Source of the DNA: Chloroflexota bacterium
Lineage (GTDB): Bacteria > Chloroflexota > Dehalococcoidia > Bin125
Reading direction: 5' to 3'
Assembly (NCBI GenBank): GCA_028874365.1
Contig: JAPPJZ010000062.1
Span: 52,611 to 116,610 of the forward strand
DNA length: 64,000 nucleotides
In this document: positions 19,509-28,782 of the stretch, in pieces
Numbering within the stretch: the first letter of the stretch is position 1
Layout of the letters: the number at the start of each line of letters is the position of its first letter
The notes under the pieces: generated by a model
The model's input: only the letters and a program-made list of their open reading frames with translations
Databases searched by the model: none
What the model was told of the DNA's origin: nothing
Translations under genes and position numbers: made by a program

Positions 19509-19627
19509 CTGATTCCCGATGCCCCGCACTCGATGCGGGGCCCAGACCTCGATGTTCGAGCGCAGCGTCGGCGTCCCGCTCGCCCCTACGCTCTGCCGCA
19601 GGAGCCATCACCATCTACGATCCCACC

Positions 19628-21292
19628 ATGACCCAGCGGATCATCGTCATCGGTGGCGGACCCGGGGGCTCCACCGCCGCCACCCTCCTCGCCCGACAGG
19701 GCTTCGATGTCACCCTCTTCGAGCGCGAAGTCTTCCCCCGCGAACACGTCGGTGAGTCACTCCTGCCCGCCTCGATCCCCATCCTCGAAACCCTCGGCGT
19801 CATCGACGAGATCGAGGCCGCCGGTTTCACTCCCAAGTACGGAGCGACGATGGTCTGGGGGCGAGAACCGGAGCCCTGGTCCTGGCATTTCGCCGAGACC
19901 AACGCCAGCTATCCCCACGCCTACCAGGTCTGGCGCCCGACCTTCGACCAGATGCTCCTCCGCAATGCCGAGCGCAACGGCGTATCGGTCCACGAGGGTT
20001 GCCGAGTCGTCGATGTCAGCCTCGATGAGACCGACCCCTCATCGGTGACGGTGGAATCAGCAAACGGAGAGACTCAAGCCCACGAAGCCGAATGGATCGT
20101 CGACGCCAGCGGCCAGAACGGCTTCCTCGCTCGCCGACTCGACCTACGCGTCAACGACGAGTTCTTTCGCAACCTGGCCGTCTACAGCTACTTCCGCGGC
20201 GCCGATCGCCTCCCTGAACCCGACACGGGCAACATCTTCATCGAGGCCTACGAACACGGCTGGTCCTGGGCCATCCCCCTGCCCGACGACGTCATGTCCG
20301 TCGGAGTCGTCGTCGACGCGGCCTGGGGAGGCTCCAAACTCAACGAAGCGCCGACCGAGGAGTTCTACCGCCGGCAGCTCTCGATGACCCAGCGCACCGC
20401 CGCGATGCTCAGGCCGTCCCGGATGATCGACGACCCGCGCGTCATCCGCGACTGGTCGTACACCTCGCAACGCCTCGTCGGCGACGGCTACATCCTCGTC
20501 GGCGACGCCGCCTGCTTTATCGACCCGCTCTTCTCCTCCGGCGTCCACCTGGCGCTGTCTTCGGCGGTCCTCGCCTCGGCCTACGTGACGTCGGCCCTGA
20601 GAGATCCCGAAATGCGCGAGCCCGCCGCCGAGGTCTACACCCAGCTCTACATGCAGCAGTACCACCAGTTCCGCGAGATGGCCGCCCTCTTCTACGCGTC
20701 CAATCGCACCTCCGACTCCTACTTCTGGGAGGCCCGGCGCATCACGCAAAGCGCGGACGATGTCTCACCGCGCGAAGCCTTTATCGCCGCCGTCGCCGGA
20801 CAACCGCCCCAAGGCTACGAGCGCGTCGTCCTCGAACGAGGCGAAGCGCCCCCCGACTTCGTCGAAGGGGTCGCCGCCGTCGAAACCGAGCGCGCCGAGC
20901 GCGACGCCGAAATGACCAAATTAATCGATTCTGCCTGGCCCGATCGCAGCCCAATGCTCGACGCCGTCCCCGCGCTCGCTCCGGGCGTCACGCTGGCCCG
21001 CAAGCCCGTCGTCGGCGATGGACAGTTCGAGTGGGGAGCCGTGATCTCCTCGTCGACGCGCCCCCAGGGAGCCCCAATCTCGACGCTGATCGCCGCCCTC
21101 GCCACCCGAATCGACGGCCAGCGGCCGGTCCGTGTTCTCCTCGACGACCTCCTCGAAGGAGTCGAACCCCGCCAGCGAGCCCAACTCCTCCCCGGCCTCC
21201 TCACCGCCCTCCGCGTCCTCTACGTCGACGGAATGATCGCACGTTGGACTCCTGCGCAAGACCCTCAAGTACCTTCCTCCCCCCGAGAGTGA
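19628..21292 (+). CDS. FAD-dependent halogenase (tryptophan-halogenase family) with ~140-aa C-terminal extension
   Basis: GGGPGGS dinucleotide motif, halogenase signature GWSWAIPL (WxWxIP), GDAACFIDPLFSSGVH; 554 aa. Confidence 0.8.
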   Translation: MTQRIIVIGGGPGGSTAATLLARQGFDVTLFEREVFPREHVGESLLPASIPILETLGVIDEIEAAGFTPKYGATMVWGREPEPWSWHFAETNASYPHAYQVWRPTFDQMLLRNAERNGVSVHEGCRVVDVSLDETDPSSVTVESANGETQAHEAEWIVDASGQNGFLARRLDLRVNDEFFRNLAVYSYFRGADRLPEPDTGNIFIEAYEHGWSWAIPLPDDVMSVGVVVDAAWGGSKLNEAPTEEFYRRQLSMTQRTAAMLRPSRMIDDPRVIRDWSYTSQRLVGDGYILVGDAACFIDPLFSSGVHLALSSAVLASAYVTSALRDPEMREPAAEVYTQLYMQQYHQFREMAALFYASNRTSDSYFWEARRITQSADDVSPREAFIAAVAGQPPQGYERVVLERGEAPPDFVEGVAAVETERAERDAEMTKLIDSAWPDRSPMLDAVPALAPGVTLARKPVVGDGQFEWGAVISSSTRPQGAPISTLIAALATRIDGQRPVRVLLDDLLEGVEPRQRAQLLPGLLTALRVLYVDGMIARWTPAQDPQVPSSPRE

Positions 21293-21300
21293 GGGCCAAT

Positions 21301-21356
21301 CCCCTCTCCCCCCGCCGCAGGCGGGGGGAGATGTCCCGTAGGGACAGAGGGGGGCA
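21301..21356. repeat. family-A nested-hairpin repeat
   Basis: CCCCTCTCCCCCCGC-cgcag-GCGGGGGGAGATG-tcccgtaggga-CAGAGGGGGGCAC. Confidence 0.75.
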
Positions 21357-21412
21357 CGCCGCGCGCCAACCCTTAGAATCGTGCCAACCTCGGTTGTAAG
21401 GCGGGCAGCGAC

Positions 21413-21964
21413 ATGACCACAGCCAAATCCCGGACTTCGGGCCGAATCGAACAACTCAACGTCTCACCTGGCGGCGTGCCCAAGCGTGCCGTCCCCGAAG
21501 CCGTCGTCAACGAGTACGGCCTCACCCAGGACCGACAGCGCGACCGCCGCCACCACGGCGGCACCGAGCGCGCCGTCTGCCTGTTCTCTGCCGAAATCCT
21601 CGACAGTCTCCGCGCCGACGGCCATCAGATCGGCCCCGGCACAACCGGCGAGAATGTGACCATACGCGGCATCGACTGGAAAAAGCTCGTCCCCGGCTCG
21701 CGCGTTCACCTCGGCGAACAGGTCATCGTGGAGGTCACCTCCTACGCCGCCCCCTGCCGGATCATCGCCCACTGCTTCCGCGACGGCGACTTCAACCGCA
21801 TCAACCAGGCCACGCATCCAGGACGTTCCCGCCTCTACGCACGCGTCGTCCGGCAGGGGACCATGTACCCGGGCGACGACGTCACAATCGAGGCTGACTC
21901 GGCCGCCGACCGAGGCGCTCGACTACAACCCAAAACCACACGTTGGCGTCCGCCCTCGAGCTGA
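21413..21964 (+). CDS. MOSC-domain protein (YiiM-like)
   Basis: GENVTIRGID and surrounding beta-barrel pattern; 183 aa. Confidence 0.7.
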   Translation: MTTAKSRTSGRIEQLNVSPGGVPKRAVPEAVVNEYGLTQDRQRDRRHHGGTERAVCLFSAEILDSLRADGHQIGPGTTGENVTIRGIDWKKLVPGSRVHLGEQVIVEVTSYAAPCRIIAHCFRDGDFNRINQATHPGRSRLYARVVRQGTMYPGDDVTIEADSAADRGARLQPKTTRWRPPSS

Positions 21965-22096
21965 TTTCCTCCCCCCGGAATCCGTAGCGCCGTTGCAATC
22001 AATGGCGCCTGCGCAGTGATACTCTGCGCGCACGCGAATACGAATGTCCAATCGAGAGAACGCGACTCGCCAGGTCTTTGGAACGGGAGCAGAACG

Positions 22097-22702
22097 ATGA
22101 CCACCGAAGCATCCGCCCGCCAGGCCGCCCTGATCGCACGGCGATACCCCAGTCGCGCCACCCTACGCGGCGGCCGCGAGATCGACATGCGCCTGATGGC
22201 CCCCGCCGACAAGGCCCGCTTCCTCGCCTTCGCCCGCTCGCTCTCACGCGACGACTTGCTCTACCTGCCCTGGGACATCACCGACGAAGGCGTGGTTGAC
22301 CGCTGGCTGGAGAACATCGCCGAACATCGCACCACTACCGTCCTTGCCGTGGACTCCGGAGACATCGTCGGCGAGGCGTCGTTGGTCCACAACGAAGCGG
22401 GCTGGACCGACCACATCGGAGAAATCCGCGTCACCGTCAACTCCCAGATCCGCGGCCAGGGTCTCGGCCGATTCCTGGCCGAGGAGATCTTCGCCATCGC
22501 CGACTCCATCGGCCTCGAGCGCATCTCCGCCCGCATGACCCACGATCAGCTCAGCGCGCAGGCCGTGTTCGAGTCTCTCGGCTTCCAGGCCGTCGCGACC
22601 CTGCCCGGCTGGGTCATGGACCGCAGCGGCCGTCTCCGCGACCTCGTCGTCATGGCCTACGACCTCCGCGCCCGAGGCGCTCCCACCTCCGCCCAACGCT
22701 GA
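22097..22702 (+). CDS. GNAT-family N-acetyltransferase
   Basis: Acetyl-CoA pocket IRGQGLGRFL; start MTTEAS at 22097 with GGGAGC SD. Confidence 0.75.
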   Translation: MTTEASARQAALIARRYPSRATLRGGREIDMRLMAPADKARFLAFARSLSRDDLLYLPWDITDEGVVDRWLENIAEHRTTTVLAVDSGDIVGEASLVHNEAGWTDHIGEIRVTVNSQIRGQGLGRFLAEEIFAIADSIGLERISARMTHDQLSAQAVFESLGFQAVATLPGWVMDRSGRLRDLVVMAYDLRARGAPTSAQR

Positions 22703-22756
22703 AGCTTGTCGCTGCCGCTCTCCCTGCGCAGCGGGCGTTTCGCCGACCTCCCCGTT

Positions 22757-22807
22757 CCCCTCTCCCCCCGCGCAGCGGGGGGAGATGCCGAAGGCAGAGG
22801 GGGGCAC
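22757..22807. repeat. family-A nested-hairpin repeat (identical to copy at 38691)
   Basis: cccctctccccccgcgcagcggggggagatgccgaaggcagaggggggcac, 51/51 identical to 38691-38741. Confidence 0.8.
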
Positions 22808-22915
22808 ACCAACACGCGCTGATGCTGCGCTGTCCTCACAGGCGCCCGCCCGCCCCCACGCTTCCGCCATTGCACCTATCCTGTCGGGACAACCCATGGC
22901 ACGACAGGACCTCCG

Positions 22916-24283
22916 ATGACCACCCCGACCCAGGAAGCGCTACGCAAGCAATCGCTGGAACACCTCTGGATCCCCACCCAGTCGCACGCCGACCTCGCGG
23001 CCGACGATGGATTGCTGGTCATCCGTAAAGGCGAAGGAATCTTCCTGCACGACGACCAGGGACGCGAGTACATGGACGCCATGTCCGGTCTCTGGCTCAA
23101 CGCGGTCGGACACGGTCGCACCGAACTCGCCGACATCGCACATGAGCAGATGTCGCAACTCGCTTACCAGAACACCTTCGCCTACGCCTCCGAGCCGGCC
23201 GTCAACCTGGCCACCAAGCTCGCCGAACTGACGCCCTCAAACATTCGCAAGGCCGTCTTCGTCAACGGCGGATCTGAAGCCGTCGAAACCGCTCTCAAGA
23301 TCGCCAAGCAGTACCACCGCATCCGAGGCAACGCCGCCAAGTTCAAGGTGATCTCGCGGATCGGTTCCTACCACGGCCAGACCGCCGGCGCGCTCTCGGT
23401 CAACGCCGCAACCTACTCAATGCGCGCCCCCTACGAGCCGCTGGTGCCGGGCTCGATCCACGTGCCCGGCGTCAACTGCGACCGTTGCCCCTACGAAAAG
23501 ACCTTCCCCGAGTGCGACGTCTTCTGCGCGCGCACCATCGAGGATGTCGTGACGGCGGCCGGCCCCGACACGGTCGCGGCGATCATCGCCGAGCCGATCT
23601 CCACTGCCAACGGCAGCTACGTCCCCGACCGGAAGTACTGGCAGACGCTGCGCGAGATCTGCGACAAACATGACATCGTGCTGATCGCCGACGAGGTGAT
23701 CAATGGCTTCGGCCGCACCGGCAAGTGGTTCGGCATGGACCACTTCGGCGTCCAGCCCGACATCATGACCACAGCCAAGCAAATCTCATCCGGCTACTCG
23801 CCCATTGCCGCCACGCTCGTCAGCGATGAAATCGCCAAGACCTTCGAAGAGGCCGGCAAGGACGGCACGATCGGCGGGATCACCTGGGGCGCAAACCCCG
23901 TCTCCTGCGCCGTCGCGCTCGGCAACCTCAACATCATCGAACGCGAGGGTCTCGTCGAGAATTCCGCCCGCGTCGGCGAGCACGTACGCTCCCGACTCGT
24001 GCAACTGCGCGAGGAGCATCGCACGATTCACCACACTCGCGGGATCGGCATGATGCACGTCGTCGAGCTAAAGAAGGATCCGCTGACCGGCGAGGACTTC
24101 GACGAAGCCGACAACGTGCAGGCGCGGATGACCCAGTACATGAGGGACGAAGGCGTCCTCGCACGGGCCGGTACCTCGGTTCCGTTCGCCCCGCCGCTGA
24201 CCACCAACCTCGAAGAGGCCGACGAGTTGGTCAACCGCATTTCCCGCTCAATCGCGAGGCTCGAATCCGAGTTGGGTCTGTAG
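22916..24283 (+). CDS. class-III (omega-type) PLP-dependent aminotransferase
   Basis: VNGGSEAVE, DEVINGFGRTG, K-containing TTAKQISSGY; 455 aa. Confidence 0.85.
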   Translation: MTTPTQEALRKQSLEHLWIPTQSHADLAADDGLLVIRKGEGIFLHDDQGREYMDAMSGLWLNAVGHGRTELADIAHEQMSQLAYQNTFAYASEPAVNLATKLAELTPSNIRKAVFVNGGSEAVETALKIAKQYHRIRGNAAKFKVISRIGSYHGQTAGALSVNAATYSMRAPYEPLVPGSIHVPGVNCDRCPYEKTFPECDVFCARTIEDVVTAAGPDTVAAIIAEPISTANGSYVPDRKYWQTLREICDKHDIVLIADEVINGFGRTGKWFGMDHFGVQPDIMTTAKQISSGYSPIAATLVSDEIAKTFEEAGKDGTIGGITWGANPVSCAVALGNLNIIEREGLVENSARVGEHVRSRLVQLREEHRTIHHTRGIGMMHVVELKKDPLTGEDFDEADNVQARMTQYMRDEGVLARAGTSVPFAPPLTTNLEEADELVNRISRSIARLESELGL

Positions 24284-24379
24284 GGAGAACTGAAAACCCG
24301 CAAGCCGCCTGAGCGCAGCGCCCGCCGGTCGAGAGCACAGCGGGCCGCGGTCAGGCGGCGTGTCTGTGGTCGGGAAGCG

Positions 24380-24715
24380 CTAGAACGTACTCAGCGCGCC
24401 GGGGCGGTCGTCGTGGATCGGAATAATCTCCGCGAAACCGGAGAACTTGAACACTTCCTGGATGTGATCCTGCACCGCACAAAGCGCAAGTTGGCCGGCC
24501 GACTGACTGGTTCGCTTGGCGGCCATCAAGAGGACCCTGAGCCCGGCCGAGGAGATGTAGTTGATCCCCTCGAAATTCATCAAGATCTGATTGTCCCCCG
24601 CGTCGATTCGGCCGAGTAGCGCCTCTTCGAACGCCTTCGCATTGGTCCCGTCGATTCGTCCGAGCGGGTTCAGCACCAGCACGCTGTCGTCGTATTCCGG
24701 GTAAAGGTCAACCAT
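24380..24715 (-). CDS. STAS-domain anti-sigma-factor antagonist (SpoIIAA/RsbV-like)
   Basis: 111 aa; phospho-acceptor region INYISSAGLRVLL. Confidence 0.8.
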   Translation of the reverse strand: MVDLYPEYDDSVLVLNPLGRIDGTNAKAFEEALLGRIDAGDNQILMNFEGINYISSAGLRVLLMAAKRTSQSAGQLALCAVQDHIQEVFKFSGFAEIIPIHDDRPGALSTF

Positions 24716-24754
24716 CAGTCGTCTCCTCTATCGGCCTGAAGCGGCGTGACTAGC

Positions 24755-26803
24755 TTATTCCGAATCATCCTCAGACGTCGCCCGCGTTTGTCTCAACGTC
24801 GTGACATTGCGGTCATCAATCCGCTCGTAGTTTACCGCATCGAATGTCGATGCAATCAGCTGCAGGCCGAGTCCACCGATCGGCCGCTCGAGCAGGTCCA
24901 ACTCCGTGTCCTGCCCCGTCGCCTCCAGCGGATTGAATGCGGGGCCGTTGTCCTCGTAGCGAACCACGATCGTCTCGCCTTCCCGGCGCATCGCGATCGA
25001 GATGTCCGCTTCGTTCTCTCGACCCGGGAACCCATGCTCGATCGTGTTCGTGAACAGCTCGTCCAGCGCCAGGTTGATCCGATACAGCTCCATCGGATCG
25101 AACCCCTCTGTTTCGGCGAACCGCTCAACGAAGGCGGCTACCCGCGGGAGCGACGTCTCCAGAGTCGGCTGTACCACCATGCGCCGCCATCCCGACGCCA
25201 GGTGCGTCTCACCGCGCCCTGGGATGAACGGCTCTTCAAGCGCCCCGCCGACGAACTGAACCGCCATACACGTAATGTCGTCGAACTGCTTGGCGTCGCC
25301 CGAGAACGTGCGCAGGTCGGTCAGCACCGACTCCATCAGCTCCTGCGGGCCCTCACCGTTGAGCCCGGCGAGCTTCTCTTCCAGCCGCTCCCGACCGAAC
25401 TGCTGCCCGGCAACGTCCTCCGCCTCCGTGATTCCATCGGTGTAGAGGAACATCGACGCCCCTTCATCGAGCGGAATCGTCGTCTCCGTGTAGTTGAGCT
25501 CCGGCAGCACGCCGAGCGCGATCCCGCCGGTCATCGGGATCATCTCCGGCCCCTCATTCGGGCGCATCAGGTACGGCGGATCGTGGCCCGCATTCACATA
25601 GGTCAGCGTGCCCAGCTCCAGATCAATCACACCGAAGAACGCCGTGATGAAGAGTTCCTTCGGATTCATCGAGCAGAGCTGGTCGTTCGTCTCGGCAACG
25701 GCCATGCTCGGGTCGGCATGCTGATTCGCCGCGCTCCGCAACAGCGCGCGTCCAACCGCCATCATCAACGCCGAGGCCACGCCCTTGCCCGACACGTCCG
25801 CGATCGCGAACGCCAGGTGCCCGTGATCGGTGATGAACGCGTCGTAGAAGTCGCCGCCCACATCCAGCGCAGGCGTCATGAACGCGGCTACGCCGGCGCG
25901 CGGATCTTCCGGCAGGTCCGACGGCACCAGCGCCGCCTGCACCGAGTGCGCCATCTCCAGGTCGTTGCGAATCTCGCGCTGCGCATCCTCAAGCGCCTGG
26001 TTCTTCTCCGACAACTCAACCGTGCGCTCCTCGACGATCGCATTCAGTCTGATCTCACGTGCGCCGACCTCGCGAGCCATGTCCAGGAACACGCCCGCCA
26101 GCTCCCCGTACTCGTCGCGCGTCAACGATGTGTTCCGCAGCGATGCAGCGACCGACGGTTCCGGTTGCTGCCCGTCTTCGACCGCCCGCGCGGCGCGAAC
26201 CATCAATCCAATCGGGCGCGCCAGCCGCTTGGCCAGGAACCAACTGGCCAGCACCAGCAGCAGCAGCAGGGCGATCACCCCGATCAGGTACTCGAGCCGG
26301 TACAGATCGAAGTGATTGCCGATGTGATTGCTCGTGAACTCGACCCTGACCGCACCGAGAGGACTACCGTCCTCGGCGCGGATCGCCGCCGTCCCGGCGT
26401 AGCGACCGTCGGTCAGCGCCTCGACGACCGCTCCGTCGCCGCCCTCCATCGCCTGGCGCGCACTTGCCACCTCAGTCCGACTGATCGGTCGCGAGCCGTC
26501 CGAGGACGCCGCAAGCCGCGCCTGCACATTGAACACCCAGATGTTGTCCAGGTCGACGGCTTCCCCCTCGACGTCAGCCGCGGAAGCCGCGTTCAAACGA
26601 ATCAGTGCGTTGACTTCATCTTCGCTCAGCGACGCCAGGTCGGCTTCCAGCAGCGAACGCGCAATCGCCTCGGCAAAGACCTCTGCCGACTTGCGTCCCG
26701 TGTCACCCTCTGAATCCAGCGCAAGCAGCAGCAGCACGACTGCCGAAGCGATCACCCCGGCGAGCGTCAGGACGGAGATCATGCCGACGATGCGCCCAGC
26801 CAT
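24755..26803 (-). CDS. membrane sensor PP2C (SpoIIE-type) phosphatase fused to C-terminal GHKL/RsbW-like serine kinase domain
   Basis: TM1, ~150-aa outside loop, TM2+HAMP, PP2C (DVSGKGVASALMM...YVNAGH...LYTDGITEA), then HATPase_c (LALDELFTNTIEHG). Confidence 0.8.
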   Translation of the reverse strand: MAGRIVGMISVLTLAGVIASAVVLLLLALDSEGDTGRKSAEVFAEAIARSLLEADLASLSEDEVNALIRLNAASAADVEGEAVDLDNIWVFNVQARLAASSDGSRPISRTEVASARQAMEGGDGAVVEALTDGRYAGTAAIRAEDGSPLGAVRVEFTSNHIGNHFDLYRLEYLIGVIALLLLLVLASWFLAKRLARPIGLMVRAARAVEDGQQPEPSVAASLRNTSLTRDEYGELAGVFLDMAREVGAREIRLNAIVEERTVELSEKNQALEDAQREIRNDLEMAHSVQAALVPSDLPEDPRAGVAAFMTPALDVGGDFYDAFITDHGHLAFAIADVSGKGVASALMMAVGRALLRSAANQHADPSMAVAETNDQLCSMNPKELFITAFFGVIDLELGTLTYVNAGHDPPYLMRPNEGPEMIPMTGGIALGVLPELNYTETTIPLDEGASMFLYTDGITEAEDVAGQQFGRERLEEKLAGLNGEGPQELMESVLTDLRTFSGDAKQFDDITCMAVQFVGGALEEPFIPGRGETHLASGWRRMVVQPTLETSLPRVAAFVERFAETEGFDPMELYRINLALDELFTNTIEHGFPGRENEADISIAMRREGETIVVRYEDNGPAFNPLEATGQDTELDLLERPIGGLGLQLIASTFDAVNYERIDDRNVTTLRQTRATSEDDSE

Positions 26804-26863
26804 GCACAGATATTAACGATTCTGATACTCAGGTGCTATCGAGAGCCGAGCAGGGCTCCAGTC

Positions 26864-27682
26864 TCAGATGTTTATCAGGCTCGATGCCGAGCAAGCGCCG
26901 TACGCGCCGCTTCTGTCTCCCAACACCGCCTGCGCCGTCGCCACGCCGTCAGCCGCTCCGCGCGAGACGACGCGCAGGTAGTGCCAATCACCGACCGGCG
27001 GACGTTGCAGATGCAGAGTGATATCGGCGTTCACATAGCCGCTGCGGCCCGGCTGCATGTTGGCAAAGGGCGAGACGAAATCGGCGATGCTCGCCGCCTG
27101 GACTGCCGGCGTCAACGACGCTTCGGCGAGCACCTGCGCATCGGCCCGTATCCAGACAACGGGCGGCTCCGTGCCGCCGGGTGCAACTACATGTCGCATC
27201 TCAAGCGTGCCCGGGTACGACACCCAGCGGTTGCCCACCCGGTCGACCCTTGCCGGTATTGCATCCTCGGGTCGAGGGGGCGCCTCATGAGCATGCTGCG
27301 CGCCAACCGCACCGAAGCTGACATCTCCGCGCAGACATAGTGTTGTGGCCTGCGTGAGCGGTGTCCCGTCGCAACTCACTCGTGTCTGGTAGACCGCAAC
27401 CCGACGGCCTTCACGGATCGACTCGACATCAAGGTTCAGCCGCCCGAACGGCACCGGACGGAAGAGATCAATCGTCTGCCTGGCAATGCGCAGCTCGCCG
27501 GTTACGCCCGATTCGCCCCGCGTCGAACGAAGCAACTCCAGCTCAACGCAATGGGCGATCAGCGCCGCAACCGGGCTCCCATGCAACGCATCGCGCGACC
27601 AGGGCCCGCGCGCCCGGTCGGTCGGTACGTAACACTCCCCGTCGCGCGCAAACAATGCCCCATCGAGCGCACGCTCAGTCAC
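26864..27682 (-). CDS. thioesterase-superfamily protein (double hot-dog, TesB-like)
   Basis: 272 aa, two hot-dog halves; assignment by overall pattern. Confidence 0.5.
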   Translation of the reverse strand: MTERALDGALFARDGECYVPTDRARGPWSRDALHGSPVAALIAHCVELELLRSTRGESGVTGELRIARQTIDLFRPVPFGRLNLDVESIREGRRVAVYQTRVSCDGTPLTQATTLCLRGDVSFGAVGAQHAHEAPPRPEDAIPARVDRVGNRWVSYPGTLEMRHVVAPGGTEPPVVWIRADAQVLAEASLTPAVQAASIADFVSPFANMQPGRSGYVNADITLHLQRPPVGDWHYLRVVSRGAADGVATAQAVLGDRSGAYGACSASSLINI

Positions 27683-27731
27683 AGCGCCGCCGGGCGCATC
27701 CGGCTGGCTCGTTGCGAGCGGACGGGCGTCA

Positions 27732-28052
27732 CTACTGGATCGGAGAGCGAGGCGTCGCTTCCAGACGCTGGACCGAGATACTGTCGCGGCTCATCATCTC
27801 CGAGACGTGCGGCGCAATCTCGTCCCGCCAGTAGTCCGAGCCATACACGTCTTCGTAGAGTCGCTCCCGCTCCTCCTCCGAGTGGAAGCGGCGAATCCAG
27901 ATGTACGTGTTGTCATCCTCTTCCGAGGTGAACGACCCCAGAATCGTCATACCCTTCGACACCTGGAAGGGAATGATCTGCTCTTCCATCAAGCGGACGA
28001 AATCTTCGCGGCGTCCCTCATTGATCGTGTACTGACGAAGTTCAAACAACAT
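27732..28052 (-). CDS. NIPSNAP-family protein
   Basis: MLFELRQYTINEGRREDFVRLMEEQ...WIRRFHSEEERERLYE. Confidence 0.7.
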   Translation of the reverse strand: MLFELRQYTINEGRREDFVRLMEEQIIPFQVSKGMTILGSFTSEEDDNTYIWIRRFHSEEERERLYEDVYGSDYWRDEIAPHVSEMMSRDSISVQRLEATPRSPIQ

Positions 28053-28154
28053 GACCTGACTGCCCTCCAGGCTGCGTAGACGCCCCGCCGCTCAGTGCCA
28101 ACACATTGACAGCGGGGCCAATGACTGTGCGTATGCTACCGCGCTAGGCTCCCG

Positions 28155-28664
28155 CTATTGGCTGGTTGCCGGACGAGTACCGAACGTCGTCGTCGAGGTG
28201 ACCACCGGCGGCGCGTCGGATCGGGAAGCCGGAGCCGAACCCGATCCGCCCCCGCTCGCGAGCAGCGACCAACGGTTGCGTCCGTTGTTCTCGATCTCGC
28301 CCATTTCCTTCATCCGCTGCAGCGTCGACTGCAACGTCGGCATCGGCTTGGCGGACTGCGGAGCAGCATCCTGCTTCTCGAGGAACGCGAGGATCTCCGT
28401 CGCGTGTACCGGCCCGCTCTGCTGACCGAGGAACTCACGCACCTTGCCGGTAATCAGGCCTCGCGGTCGGCGCGTGCGCTTGGCGCCGCCCGCGGTCCGT
28501 CGAGCGGCTCGACGCCGCGCCGGCCGAGGCGCGCTGGGAGTACCGCCCGACGATTCGTTACTCAGTAACTCCTGAATCAGGCGCCGCTTGTTCTCCAGGC
28601 GGTCAATCTCTGTCTGGATTGCCGCAAGTTCGGACTGCAGTTGCCCAGTAAACGTGTCGGCCAT
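28155..28664 (-). CDS. hypothetical protein, N-terminal coiled coil, basic linker, C-terminal winged-helix-like region
   Basis: Start MADTFTG at 28664 with GGAGGG SD; AT-rich promoter-like region upstream (TTGACG...TATACT). Confidence 0.5.
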   Translation of the reverse strand: MADTFTGQLQSELAAIQTEIDRLENKRRLIQELLSNESSGGTPSAPRPARRRAARRTAGGAKRTRRPRGLITGKVREFLGQQSGPVHATEILAFLEKQDAAPQSAKPMPTLQSTLQRMKEMGEIENNGRNRWSLLASGGGSGSAPASRSDAPPVVTSTTTFGTRPATSQ

Positions 28665-28782
28665 GTCTGCTGTTCCTCTCCCTCCGACACAATGCCAAAC
28701 CACCGTATGTGATTTGACTTCGTGACGGCATCATGTGTATTCCAACTGTTGTCTCAGTATATGCACCTGTCAGGCGCATCCG

